Notes under the pieces: generated by a model
Told to the model about the DNA's origin: nothing
Seen by the model: only the letters and a program-made list of their open reading frames with translations
Databases searched by the model: none
Made by a program: the position numbers and the translations under genes
Shown: positions 19,784 to 29,050 of the stretch, piece after piece
How positions within the stretch are numbered: position 1 is the first letter of the stretch
Layout of the letters: each line of letters begins with the position of its first letter
Assembly: GCA_026390575.1 (NCBI GenBank)
Contig: JAPLFR010000016.1
Coordinates: forward strand, 534,737-598,736
DNA length: 64,000 bases
Direction: 5' to 3'
Source: Ignavibacteriales bacterium
GTDB taxonomy: Bacteria; Bacteroidota; Ignavibacteria; UBA10030

Positions 19784-20233
19784 TTGTTTCAACACGAAGC
19801 GACAATAAAGATCAAAGGACGGACAATGAAAACAAAATCATTCACCATCGCTGCATCGTTTCCATTTTCACCTGAAGCCGTATTCACGGCTCTCACAAAT
19901 GTACGCCAGATAGCCAAATGGAGTGGTCAGAATGGGAAAGTACAACCGACTATCGGCGGAAAGATGGAACTGTTCGATGGCTGGGTAAAAGGAATAGTAC
20001 TCGCGTACGAATCAGGCAAACGGCTTTCCTTCACATGGAAACCTTCGGAATGGGCGAAGGAAAACAAAGCATCTATCGTCACGTGTCACTTCAAACCGAC
20101 AAAAACCGGAACGAAGCTCACCTTGAAACACTCAGGTTTTCCGAATGACGGCGAACGGCAAAGCCATAAAATTGGCTGGACTGAATTTGTATTCGAACCG
20201 TTGAACATGTATCTTACATCAAAACAAATATAA
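19784..20233 (+). CDS. SRPBCC / AHSA1 domain protein
   Basis: PEAVFTALT...W, GG, RLSFTW, GTKLTLKHSGF...GW pattern; real start may be MKTKSF. Confidence 0.85.
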   Translation: MFQHEATIKIKGRTMKTKSFTIAASFPFSPEAVFTALTNVRQIAKWSGQNGKVQPTIGGKMELFDGWVKGIVLAYESGKRLSFTWKPSEWAKENKASIVTCHFKPTKTGTKLTLKHSGFPNDGERQSHKIGWTEFVFEPLNMYLTSKQI

Positions 20234-20257
20234 GATATCTAGGTACCACATTGTGAA

Positions 20258-21088
20258 TTGATGAAGCGAACCTTTTATATTTCCCTAAATTCTTTTATGA
20301 TAAACCCGATGAAGACAATCATGTTACGTGCATGCATACTTGCACCAACGATGTTGTGCCTGTACAGCTGCGCAACGCCGCCGAAAGCCGAGAAGGAAGC
20401 GGTAGCAAAAAAACCCGAGATCACCATTCAGATTGCAAGCATCAATCTTGCCAATTTTAGCAAGAGAATTGAACGAAATAATATAATCGAACTCGTGAAG
20501 ACTCTTAAAAGTGAACAAGTTGAAATTCTTGCAATACAAGGTATTTCGCGTTATCCTGGCGTTTCATCGCGAGTAGATTTTATCAATGAACTTTCTGCAA
20601 AGATCGACTGGCGCAATGCTTTCGGCGAAATGCAGAATATTTCCGGCAGACAAACTGGAAATGCAATTTTCAGTGTGTACCCTCTGCTTTCCCACTATAA
20701 TTTTTCATGGGACGCGGTGAGATCAACAAGCTTCGAGGCGGCATTGCAAGCGACCGTTGACGCAGGAGCGCGATCGCTCGTCGTTGTAAGCACGCAATTG
20801 CCGCCTAAAGCAACAGCAAATGAGCAGGCACAATGCTTAAAATTGATTGCCGCCATGAATCCTGATACAACCCATCAGCTTCTTATTGTTGCCGGAAATA
20901 TGCCGACGGATGAAATCATTCGCACGACAAATTCGTTCGCCGAGGTTCCACCACCTGAATCCGTTAAAAGTACAACTTCAAGAATATGGTATTCGGCAAG
21001 TACATCGCTTCAATTACTCACAACCCGATCGGTGGAAACGGTGTTTGGAACACTAGTCATTGCTCAGTTTGGAGTATTGAGACAATGA
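20258..21088 (+). CDS. EEP (endonuclease/exonuclease/phosphatase)-fold lipoprotein with degenerate active site
   Basis: Lipobox LYSC; IASINL, LAIQG, GNAIFSVYPL scaffold; catalytic motifs altered. Confidence 0.65.
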   Translation: MMKRTFYISLNSFMINPMKTIMLRACILAPTMLCLYSCATPPKAEKEAVAKKPEITIQIASINLANFSKRIERNNIIELVKTLKSEQVEILAIQGISRYPGVSSRVDFINELSAKIDWRNAFGEMQNISGRQTGNAIFSVYPLLSHYNFSWDAVRSTSFEAALQATVDAGARSLVVVSTQLPPKATANEQAQCLKLIAAMNPDTTHQLLIVAGNMPTDEIIRTTNSFAEVPPPESVKSTTSRIWYSASTSLQLLTTRSVETVFGTLVIAQFGVLRQ

Positions 21089-21143
21089 AAGCATTGAAAT
21101 TCCAATGATCAATTGATTATTCAGGAGTTAAGACAGCAGCACT

Positions 21144-21668
21144 ATGTGGACATTTAATATTTCACTCCTAGAAGTTGCGCTAAGAACTGTTATCGTGTAT
21201 GCAATTGTACTGGCGGGAATTCGCCTCACGGGCAAGCGTGAAGTCGGGCAAATGGCATCATTTGAATTGGTGCTTATCTTGCTTCTGGCAAATGCTGTGC
21301 AGAACGCAATGACTGGCCCAGATACATCTCTTACTGGCGGCGTTGTTGGGGCATGCACGCTGCTCGTTACCAATGCAATCGTTACTCGAGTTTCTTCTCG
21401 CTCACGCAAATTGCGTACAGCACTTGAAGGAACACCAACGGTGCTCATACACAGGGGAGTTGTGGTTAAAAAGAATATGGAGAAAGAACACATCGCGAAC
21501 GAAGAACTTGAACAGGCACTTCGTGAGCATGGCATTTCAAAATTTACAGATGTTGGCATTGCAGTGCTGGAAGTTGATGGATCCATCAGTGTACTGAAGA
21601 AAGATGAATTGCCCTCCGCAGTCCGCCCGCATCATCATATCCGATTTATTGTGAAAAATAAAAGCTAA
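21144..21668 (+). CDS. DUF421 / YetF family membrane protein
   Basis: RLTGKREVGQM, EGTPTVLI..G, LREHG, LEVDGSISV. Confidence 0.9.
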   Translation: MWTFNISLLEVALRTVIVYAIVLAGIRLTGKREVGQMASFELVLILLLANAVQNAMTGPDTSLTGGVVGACTLLVTNAIVTRVSSRSRKLRTALEGTPTVLIHRGVVVKKNMEKEHIANEELEQALREHGISKFTDVGIAVLEVDGSISVLKKDELPSAVRPHHHIRFIVKNKS

Positions 21669-21706
21669 TTGTCATACTGAGAGCCAAAATTACTTAACAA
21701 AAACCT

Positions 21707-22891
21707 ATGTCGAACGAAAACAAACTTGACCTGCAGGCATTAAAAGAGCGCATCGGCAAACATCTGCGGACAGCAGATGAATTTACACGCTACCAGCGTT
21801 ACGAAGAAGCAATTTTAGAAATAGACTCTGCCTTAAAAATCGATCCAAAAAATAATTTCGCACGCTCGTTTCTTGAACGAGTCAAGCTCATGCAAAAACG
21901 CTCACAACAAAACGCAGCCGTGCAAAGCGGTCCGGCAGAGCTGACGCTGGAAGAGCGTATGGAAATTATTTCCCGGCACCTTTCTACGGCAGAAGATTTT
22001 GTCAACAAAAAAGATTATAAAGCTGCACTGGAAGAGATTGCAGAGGTTTATAAAATTGACCCCAAGAATTACTATGCCCAAACATTTTCCGAACGGATTG
22101 ATACATTGATGCAAGAAGGAAGTGTTGATGGGGCGAAGTTATTCAAACCGGTACTACAGGCAGAAGAATCAGACCGTGTGAGGCCTCAAGAGGATGAACG
22201 GGGCAGCATCATTATGTATCGTGAGCTTCTTAAAAATGTCTGGCTCGATGGAAAGGTAAGCGACGAGGAGGCACAGGAACTCACCGCTGTGCGAGAGCTG
22301 TTCGGCATTACTCAGGAAGACCATGAAAAACTTGAGCGCCATGTTAAAATTGAAGCGTATCTCGAAGCACTCCACATTGCATGGCGGAACAATCTTCTGA
22401 CAGAAGCAGAAAAGAAGACCCTGCACATGATGCGTGAAAAATATGACATCTCGCCGGAAGAACAAAAAATCTCAGAAGCGCGATACGATGAGGTGAAACG
22501 TCCATCAAAGTCGCACGGTACAATCCTTATTGTTGATACCGATCGAAAGATACTTGTGTCATTGGGCAAAGCCCTCAAACAACGGGGATATACTATCCTG
22601 ATGGCACAGAAAGTAGAAGACGCTTACCAGATTCTTTCCGCACAGACTCCTCATATCATCATGTCGGAACTCTTTTTTACGAATTCACAAATTGACGGTG
22701 TAGCCTTTTTCGAGAAGCTGCGAGAACATTCTGTCCTTAAGGATGTGCCATTTGTTATTATGAGTTCTCTTACTGATAGGAAAATTATTCAAGCAGGTTT
22801 GCGCCTCGGTGTTGATCATTATATCACGAAGCCGGTTGATATCGACTTATTATTAGCAATAATAGATGGAAAGTTGCGAACGTCATTGTGA
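21707..22891 (+). CDS. TPR + TerB-like repeats + atypical receiver domain protein
   Basis: Two TPR-like segments (LKIDPKN, YKIDPKN); two W-x-(D/N)-G/N...(F/Y)-x-I-(T/S)-x-E repeats; REC ILIVDTD...IIMSE...YITKP. Confidence 0.8.
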   Translation: MSNENKLDLQALKERIGKHLRTADEFTRYQRYEEAILEIDSALKIDPKNNFARSFLERVKLMQKRSQQNAAVQSGPAELTLEERMEIISRHLSTAEDFVNKKDYKAALEEIAEVYKIDPKNYYAQTFSERIDTLMQEGSVDGAKLFKPVLQAEESDRVRPQEDERGSIIMYRELLKNVWLDGKVSDEEAQELTAVRELFGITQEDHEKLERHVKIEAYLEALHIAWRNNLLTEAEKKTLHMMREKYDISPEEQKISEARYDEVKRPSKSHGTILIVDTDRKILVSLGKALKQRGYTILMAQKVEDAYQILSAQTPHIIMSELFFTNSQIDGVAFFEKLREHSVLKDVPFVIMSSLTDRKIIQAGLRLGVDHYITKPVDIDLLLAIIDGKLRTSL

Positions 22892-23237
22892 CCCCGCAAA
22901 TATTCTCGTTCGCTTGGATTTAAAAGTCGTTGAAACAGCATCAATAATATTGCTTTATACGAATGCAGAAAAAAGGAAATAAGAAGGAATAGATTGCCCC
23001 GGAATAATTCTACCAATCACTGCATAACTGCACGGCACTTTTGGTCAGAGACATTGTCTTACCGCTCATGAAGTAGATAAGTATACAAAAAAATCGAAGA
23101 AAAACGCACATCCATCGATTGTATGTCTGCTGTATCACATCTTGTTCCTACATCACATTCGGTTTCCCATCCGTAATATATCTTTCATTCGAAAATTCAT
23201 TGAAGTAATATTTACAATAGAATGAAAACATAATAAT

Positions 23238-24545
23238 TTGGATTCATCGAAAATGGAAAAAACAATGTTCACGAAAAGACCACTTTCTGTTGATACAACA
23301 AAAGAATTCACCGGCGAACATCTTCGAGAGGCAGACAAGTTCGTCCGTCTCAAACGGTATGATGACGCCTTGCAGGAAATTGAAACCGCCTATAAAATTG
23401 ATCCGAAAAACGCATACATTCGTTCTTTTCTTGAACGGACACAGTATATGATCGAGAAGGAAAATGAAAAGCGATCGCAGGTGTTCGGTGAAACGAGCAA
23501 GACGAACGAAGACCGTATGGAAGTCATATCAGAATTGTTCGCATCCGCAGAAACCTTCACGAAGGAAAAAAAATACCCAAAAGCATTGAATGAGCTGGCA
23601 AAAGTATATCGTATTGATCCAAAGAATTATAACGCCCATGCATTATCAGATCGTATCGTGGCATTGATGCGGGCTGAAAAGGACTTACCTAAAACGCAGA
23701 CTCCTCAATCTATCGAATCAACGCCGGACATAGTTCTGTTAGAAAAACCAGTCAATGTTGTAGAAAACGAAATACCAACGCAGCCTGTAGATATTCCGCA
23801 GCCGCAATCAACACCAATCAGCGAGCAGCAAGAAGAGTTTAGCCGGTTCGCATTATACAGGGAGTTGCTCAAGGAATGCTGGGCAGACGGTGTTATTACT
23901 CACGAAGATTCTGAGATGCTTCATCGTGCGCGTTCACAATATTCAATTTCCTTTGATACCCATTGCCAAATTGAAGTTGACATCAAGATCGATGCGTACG
24001 TTGACGCGTTACGTATTGTGTGGAGAGACGGCGTTGTGGATGATCATGAAAATGAAATCTTAGAAATCATGCGTAAGAAATACGGAATCACACAGGAAGA
24101 ACAAGCGGCAGCAGAGAAGAAATTTTCTGCATTTCGTACAACCAACCAATCAAAGGCAATGATCCTGATCGTAGAGAATGATCATGATAACTCGATATAT
24201 GTTGCGCGGGCACTTATGAATCATGGCTATGATGTTAAAATTGAACGACACCCGGATGATGCGATTCACTTTCTAAGCACACATACACCGGATCTCATTC
24301 TGAGTGAAGCTGTTTTTCCACAAGTGAACACAGATGGTTTTGAGTTCTTTCAGAGAACGCGTTTGGACAAACGGTTGAGTCCGATACCATTTCTCATGAT
24401 GACGGAACTCGGCGATGCGCGCGTTATGCGAGCGGGATTACGCATGGGAGTGGATTATTTTATTCCCAAACCTTTACATATCGGTTACATGGTGGCAATT
24501 ATAGAGGGCAAACTCAAATCTGAACTGCAAACAACTTCGAAGTAA
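23238..24545 (+). CDS. TPR + TerB-like repeats + atypical receiver domain protein (paralog of upstream gene)
   Basis: Same architecture with Pro/Gln-rich linker; REC ILIVEND...LILSE...FIPKP. Confidence 0.8.
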   Translation: MDSSKMEKTMFTKRPLSVDTTKEFTGEHLREADKFVRLKRYDDALQEIETAYKIDPKNAYIRSFLERTQYMIEKENEKRSQVFGETSKTNEDRMEVISELFASAETFTKEKKYPKALNELAKVYRIDPKNYNAHALSDRIVALMRAEKDLPKTQTPQSIESTPDIVLLEKPVNVVENEIPTQPVDIPQPQSTPISEQQEEFSRFALYRELLKECWADGVITHEDSEMLHRARSQYSISFDTHCQIEVDIKIDAYVDALRIVWRDGVVDDHENEILEIMRKKYGITQEEQAAAEKKFSAFRTTNQSKAMILIVENDHDNSIYVARALMNHGYDVKIERHPDDAIHFLSTHTPDLILSEAVFPQVNTDGFEFFQRTRLDKRLSPIPFLMMTELGDARVMRAGLRMGVDYFIPKPLHIGYMVAIIEGKLKSELQTTSK

Positions 24546-24578
24546 ACAATGCTTTGGGTCGAAAGCAAAAAGTGTCTT

Positions 24579-25760
24579 TTACTCTGGACTGATAACCTCA
24601 CCGACCACAGGCAAATGGATCAATTGAAGCTCCTTCTTTCCTTCTTTACTCACCATTGCATGCTCAAAATAAAATTTAACTCCTTTGGCGTTTTGCAGGT
24701 ACGGTGAATCCTGCAAATGATAATGCAGTACCGGCTCTGTTGCATTTCCAGAACTGCCGCACTTTGCAAGCACTTGCCCGCGGATTACTTTATCTCCCAC
24801 TTTTACACGAATACTTCCTTGTTTCAAAAAGGCAAGAACTGAATATTCTTTTCCGGAATGCTGGATGATTATTGTGTTGCCGATTTGTGCGTACGGATTG
24901 CGCGTGCCGGGAGAATTCTCACGAATGCCGTCAATAACTTCAACAACCGTACCGTTGGCTGGAGCGATAATATCCTTTCCGTATCCGACATAATCTTCAT
25001 TTGCTTTTCCATCATTCTTATAGCGAGATCCGCCTGCATCTGTTCCGGAAAATTCGTACGCATACTGTTGCTGCAGCAAGTTACTCTGCGATGTGCCTTC
25101 GCGTAATTCGCCGCCGGCGATGACAGCCCACGTGCCTGTAAATGGTACATATAATTGCGTCTGTTGTTTGTCGCGAACGACTGGAGCAACGGGCTGCTTC
25201 ACCGGACTGGGTGATGGTGTGGAACTCGGTGCAACTTCCTTCACAGCTTCTGAATATGCGGAAGAATCTGAGTTAGATTTAGGTGCTGCCGGCTTCGCGG
25301 ACGACGAAATTGGTGTTTGGACTGCCGCTGCATTTGGTTCTGTTGTATTTGATGGATTCGGTTGAGGTTCCGAAGCAACGTGAGTAGTAAAAAGAAAACC
25401 TTTTATCTTTCCTTGATCATCGATGTAAAGCGTCAAATCTTGTGCACCGCGTTCGGAATACATAACACAAAAAGCTTGGTCTACTGCTCTCACTTCAGGC
25501 GGATCTACTTTGATAACTTTTCCGAAAGTATCAAAATTGTTTTTAAAAAAATACGTCGTTTTAAAAAGGGGAAACGCAGCCGACATCCCTTTGTCGTACT
25601 CCCGCACTATTCCATTATAATCCTGGTTGTTCATTGCCTCAACCAGCCGGTTGATAATTTTTACAAACCTCTCTTTTCCCTGTTCCTGTGCAAACAGCGG
25701 CTGCGCGATGCCCAAGAATAAAAGAATGTATATCGTTCTCCTCATGATCGATCCTTTCAT
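24579..25760 (-). CDS. exported M23/LytM-fold protein with N-terminal DUF3887-like domain; Zn ligands degenerate
   Basis: Signal peptide; IIAPANGTVV, GN.III.H, VKVGDKV.RGQ.LAKCGSSGN; P/S/A-rich linker. Confidence 0.75.
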   Translation of the reverse strand: MKGSIMRRTIYILLFLGIAQPLFAQEQGKERFVKIINRLVEAMNNQDYNGIVREYDKGMSAAFPLFKTTYFFKNNFDTFGKVIKVDPPEVRAVDQAFCVMYSERGAQDLTLYIDDQGKIKGFLFTTHVASEPQPNPSNTTEPNAAAVQTPISSSAKPAAPKSNSDSSAYSEAVKEVAPSSTPSPSPVKQPVAPVVRDKQQTQLYVPFTGTWAVIAGGELREGTSQSNLLQQQYAYEFSGTDAGGSRYKNDGKANEDYVGYGKDIIAPANGTVVEVIDGIRENSPGTRNPYAQIGNTIIIQHSGKEYSVLAFLKQGSIRVKVGDKVIRGQVLAKCGSSGNATEPVLHYHLQDSPYLQNAKGVKFYFEHAMVSKEGKKELQLIHLPVVGEVISPE

Positions 25761-25871
25761 AAGACTCTGCTTCGCTTGGTTTCCTTTCTGAGGAGCCGGC
25801 GTTCAATTACACGACCGAACCGTTGAACATTAGACCTTTTTTTTGTAAGAATCAATATCTGAGTACCCATC

Positions 25872-25902
25872 AAAAAAAAGGCAGGTTGGTCACCTGCCTT
25901 TT
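25872..25902 (-). terminator. intrinsic (bidirectional-looking) terminator
   Basis: AAAAGGCAGGT-TGGTC-ACCTGCCTTTT stem with 8-T tail on minus strand, downstream of 25926-26510. Confidence 0.8.
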
Positions 25903-25925
25903 ATTACCTCATTTAGAATTTCATT

Positions 25926-26510
25926 TCAAAATTTGCCGAATTTGAATGTTAGATTCGCTGAAGGTCCGCTCAAATCAGCGTTGGTAGATACTACGCTCTT
26001 TAAACCGCTCACATACCGATAACTGACGCCGGCGGCAACGCGAAAGAAGCGTGTAACATTGAGATTCGCATTGATATTTGGTTCAAATACAAAAAATGCG
26101 TTCTTATTGTGTGAAGCATTAAAGGCATCATTGTCTTCAAATTTATATCCTATTCCGCCTCCGCCAACAAGCATGCCTATGGAAAGGTGAATAAGATCAT
26201 TGGACGATGCAATGTATTCAAGCTCTAAACCACCGTATCCCATTTCGATATACTGATGAACTGAATCTGATACCTTCGATTTCACGTCAGTCACTAACCC
26301 ATACCCCCCGCCGCCAAGAATGAACGAATGATTGATAATCCATCCGCCGCGACCGCCGACCATGACTGAATTTTCGCCGTTGATATTTGTTACTTTGAGA
26401 ACCGGGCCGCCGAATCCGCCGCTTTCAATCTCGCCGTTGATGAGCGTTGCTTCCTGTGAAAAGGCAGAGAACGTGAATACAATAACGAGAAGAAACAAAA
26501 GTTTTTTCAT
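25926..26510 (-). CDS. outer-membrane beta-barrel protein
   Basis: Signal peptide, Gly-rich amphipathic strands, C-terminal LTFKFGKF. Confidence 0.8.
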   Translation of the reverse strand: MKKLLFLLVIVFTFSAFSQEATLINGEIESGGFGGPVLKVTNINGENSVMVGGRGGWIINHSFILGGGGYGLVTDVKSKVSDSVHQYIEMGYGGLELEYIASSNDLIHLSIGMLVGGGGIGYKFEDNDAFNASHNKNAFFVFEPNINANLNVTRFFRVAAGVSYRYVSGLKSVVSTNADLSGPSANLTFKFGKF

Positions 26511-26615
26511 GATAACCTCGATTGTTACGGTGTAACATTTATGTGTGATTTATACCGATGAAAAACATGTATTATTACGGTAACAACTGCGAAGAAGTTG
26601 CAGGAAGGCGGATTC

Positions 26616-26903
26616 CTAATGATCTTTCCAATTCCACCAGAGAAGCAGTTCAGGATCATGACGCTTGTGCGAAGCATAATACACTGCGCATCGAAATACA
26701 TACAACAAACAGCGATCAACCGGTTGTCCAACCAGAACGCAGTGTTTCCAATAAAGCAATTCTGGATTCTTATTCTTCAACGCATCAACGGAGCGAATAC
26801 CGAGATTCCAAAGATCAAGCGAAATGCTTTTACCAACACCTGGAATTGTACATAGTTCTTGAATTACTTTTTCTCTGTGCAAAATATTGTTTGAGGCATT
26901 CAT
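26616..26903 (-). CDS. helix-hairpin-helix protein (Cdd1 / mitomycin-resistance-like family)
   Basis: IPGVGKSI..DL..LGI, DRCLLYVFRCAVY, WWNWKD. Confidence 0.8.
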   Translation of the reverse strand: MNASNNILHREKVIQELCTIPGVGKSISLDLWNLGIRSVDALKNKNPELLYWKHCVLVGQPVDRCLLYVFRCAVYYASHKRHDPELLLWWNWKDH

Positions 26904-26958
26904 CGTCTTTCATCTTTTCCTACTATGTTCGCTCATATCTATGAATGGAGAGTGCTGC

Positions 26959-27399
26959 CTACGACGGATTTTCTGACAATGAATTCAATTGCGTATGAAT
27001 CTCCTGCAGTAATCTGAATGTCAGCCAAAAGGCAATCACTTCTAACACCAGCACAATCCCAAACGAGCTTTCATAAAGAATCTTCCAGAGTAACGCTGGC
27101 TCCTCAACGCTGTACGGCACTGGAGCACTGAATCTTGTATAAATGTTGTAGATCAATTCTGCCGGCAATATGCCAAGCAATACGACTGCCCCCTGTCGCG
27201 CTGACGGCGTGGATAAAAAGAGAACTGCTGCAAGAGGTGCCAGACAGAGTATTAAAAAGATCGGCATGTAGTCCGTCAACACATACAGTAGATCTATTTT
27301 TCCATGGGCATAATTATAAAGAATATAAAGTACTGTGTGCGCTGAAATCAAATACGTTGCTTGCTTAGCACGCAAGCGGGTATTTTCGTTTTGTACCAT
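26959..27399 (-). CDS. hypothetical membrane protein (4 TM)
   Basis: Hydrophobic ORF with AAGGAG RBS. Confidence 0.7.
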   Translation of the reverse strand: MVQNENTRLRAKQATYLISAHTVLYILYNYAHGKIDLLYVLTDYMPIFLILCLAPLAAVLFLSTPSARQGAVVLLGILPAELIYNIYTRFSAPVPYSVEEPALLWKILYESSFGIVLVLEVIAFWLTFRLLQEIHTQLNSLSENPS

Positions 27400-27437
27400 G
27401 ATAATCTCCTTTCAAGAATTAGAGTGAACGGTGCCGG

Positions 27438-28631
27438 TCAGTTCTGAAGAATTCTCCGTGCACGCACGAACTTCTTCAGGAGCGGCTCTTCATAATAGTC
27501 CGATGATGGATTCAAACTGCTCACCCGTACTCTTTTTGAACTGTGAAGGTACAATCCGTTTTCCAGGTATAAAGCAACATGGGTAATACGTTCCTGCCGT
27601 TTCGCTGTCGCTTTTCGGCCGAAGAATAGTAAATCCCCCTTCTCCAAATTTTGGAAATTCTCCCCCGGCTCAATGGGCTTTCCTTGCTGTGCCTGCTGCC
27701 TGGCATCACGATTTAATTCCACGCCATTCAAATGGTACACAGTTTTTACAAACCCTGAACAATCCATACCTTTCACTGACATGCCGCCCCAGAGATAACG
27801 AATGCCCAAAAATGATCTCGCGGTCTTCTCAAGATTCTCGCCTGTCGGCACCCGGCTTCTCTTCCATTCGTCAAGGTCTTGAACAAGCGACTCCGGCACA
27901 AATCCATTTTTTCCATCTGCACGTTCCACTGCAATCCACCCGTTTTGCCTGCCGTTGTTTTTCAAAATACATCCGTCAATTATTTCGCACACAGCTGTAG
28001 AGGATGTATCTGTTCGTGCATGTACTACGCCCATAAAATTTGTGACAATCACTTTGGAGGCAGCATTCCATGCATCCACACCAGCTTGATTGCACACAAC
28101 CATGGAAGCAGAATCGAGCCAGCCAAGATAGTGATCGGGAGTTTGAATGAAAAAATATCCGCGTTCCTTTTTCAGCAATGTAACAATAGTCCCCATCAAT
28201 GCTTGCGTCAGAAGCTCTTCCTGCTTTCCTGGTCTCCGGCGAACATCAGCCACAGGAAGTGTAACGATACCCGCTATGTTCGGTCCGAGTGCAGCTTCGG
28301 GCAACACATGGATACTGTCGATCACTGTGCCCTTGACAATTTTTTGCAATGCATGAATTACAGCACTCTTCGCTTCAGGGTTATCGACTTCTCCATGGAG
28401 GATAATTCCTTTTTCGACCTGTCTATAAGAAATGTCAAAAACTGCGAGCTGCAAATCTGGTGCATAACGCTGCTGAACGGATTGGAGAATGTGTTTGATT
28501 TGGACAGTATTGATCTGACTATTATTACGGATAACTCCCATACGCTGTTGATATGGTGTAACTCGTGCCGCTCCTGCGAACAGTAAGAGAAGAACAACAA
28601 TAGAATATTTTGCGAAAAAAAATTTCATCAA
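27438..28631 (-). CDS. NlpC/P60 (C40) cell-wall peptidase with SH3 domains (YkfC-like)
   Basis: YLWGG, DCSG (Cys), GDLLFFG, THVALY, HSS. Confidence 0.9.
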   Translation of the reverse strand: MMKFFFAKYSIVVLLLLFAGAARVTPYQQRMGVIRNNSQINTVQIKHILQSVQQRYAPDLQLAVFDISYRQVEKGIILHGEVDNPEAKSAVIHALQKIVKGTVIDSIHVLPEAALGPNIAGIVTLPVADVRRRPGKQEELLTQALMGTIVTLLKKERGYFFIQTPDHYLGWLDSASMVVCNQAGVDAWNAASKVIVTNFMGVVHARTDTSSTAVCEIIDGCILKNNGRQNGWIAVERADGKNGFVPESLVQDLDEWKRSRVPTGENLEKTARSFLGIRYLWGGMSVKGMDCSGFVKTVYHLNGVELNRDARQQAQQGKPIEPGENFQNLEKGDLLFFGRKATAKRQERITHVALYLENGLYLHSSKRVRVSSLNPSSDYYEEPLLKKFVRARRILQN

Positions 28632-28734
28632 CGCACAGTCTTACGATAAGTGAAAAAAGTTTTATAGGAAGAATATACAAGAAATCTTCACCTCGTTCAA
28701 CCGTTGCAAAATGATGCCTATCTATCAGACATGG

Positions 28735-28830
28735 GTGTCACGGTCCCCCGTAAAATACACGAGGCAGGCATACCGTGACACTAAAATGAATTGTTATCAA
28801 TAACTCCTCGTCACGAAGTGGTTCGTGACG
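28735..28830. repeat. two REP-like palindromes (GTGTCACGGT...ACCGTGACAC; CGTCACGAA-GTGG-TTCGTGACG)
   Basis: 10-bp stem 28735-28744/28772-28781 and 9-bp stem 28809-28817/28822-28830. Confidence 0.7.
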
Positions 28831-28978
28831 CCCCAGTGTAAAATACCTTGCATTTAGATTACCGATTAAATAGATTAACCGGAGAAAAGCGGGCGGGCTG
28901 TTGGGGATTGATGGGCGGGTAATAAAAGCAGGGCAGGTTCCTTTCAGTGCCAACCACAAGCCGTTGTAGAATATTGCC

Positions 28979-29039
28979 GCCTAACCAAACGATTTCTACT
29001 ATCCCGCATGAAAACAGTGGGAGTTTCCAACTATTAGAC
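28979..29039 (+). repeat. attC-like intergenic repeat copy 1 (GCCTAAC...ATTAGAC, 61 bp)
   Basis: R''-like GCCTAAC, core CTACTATCCCG..GAAAACAGTGGGAG, degenerate R' 11 bp before next ATG. Confidence 0.5.
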
Positions 29040-29050
29040 ACCATTTATTT

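Noticed and set aside
22892..23237. Possible small gene or ncRNA between the two receiver paralogs
   Set aside because: Only short unconvincing ORFs and no recognisable RNA motif.
27879..28586. 235-aa + strand ORF
   Set aside because: Antisense shadow of the NlpC/P60 gene with no recognisable motifs. The same applies to other antisense ORFs such as 37433-38032, 43263-43889 and 59144-59695.
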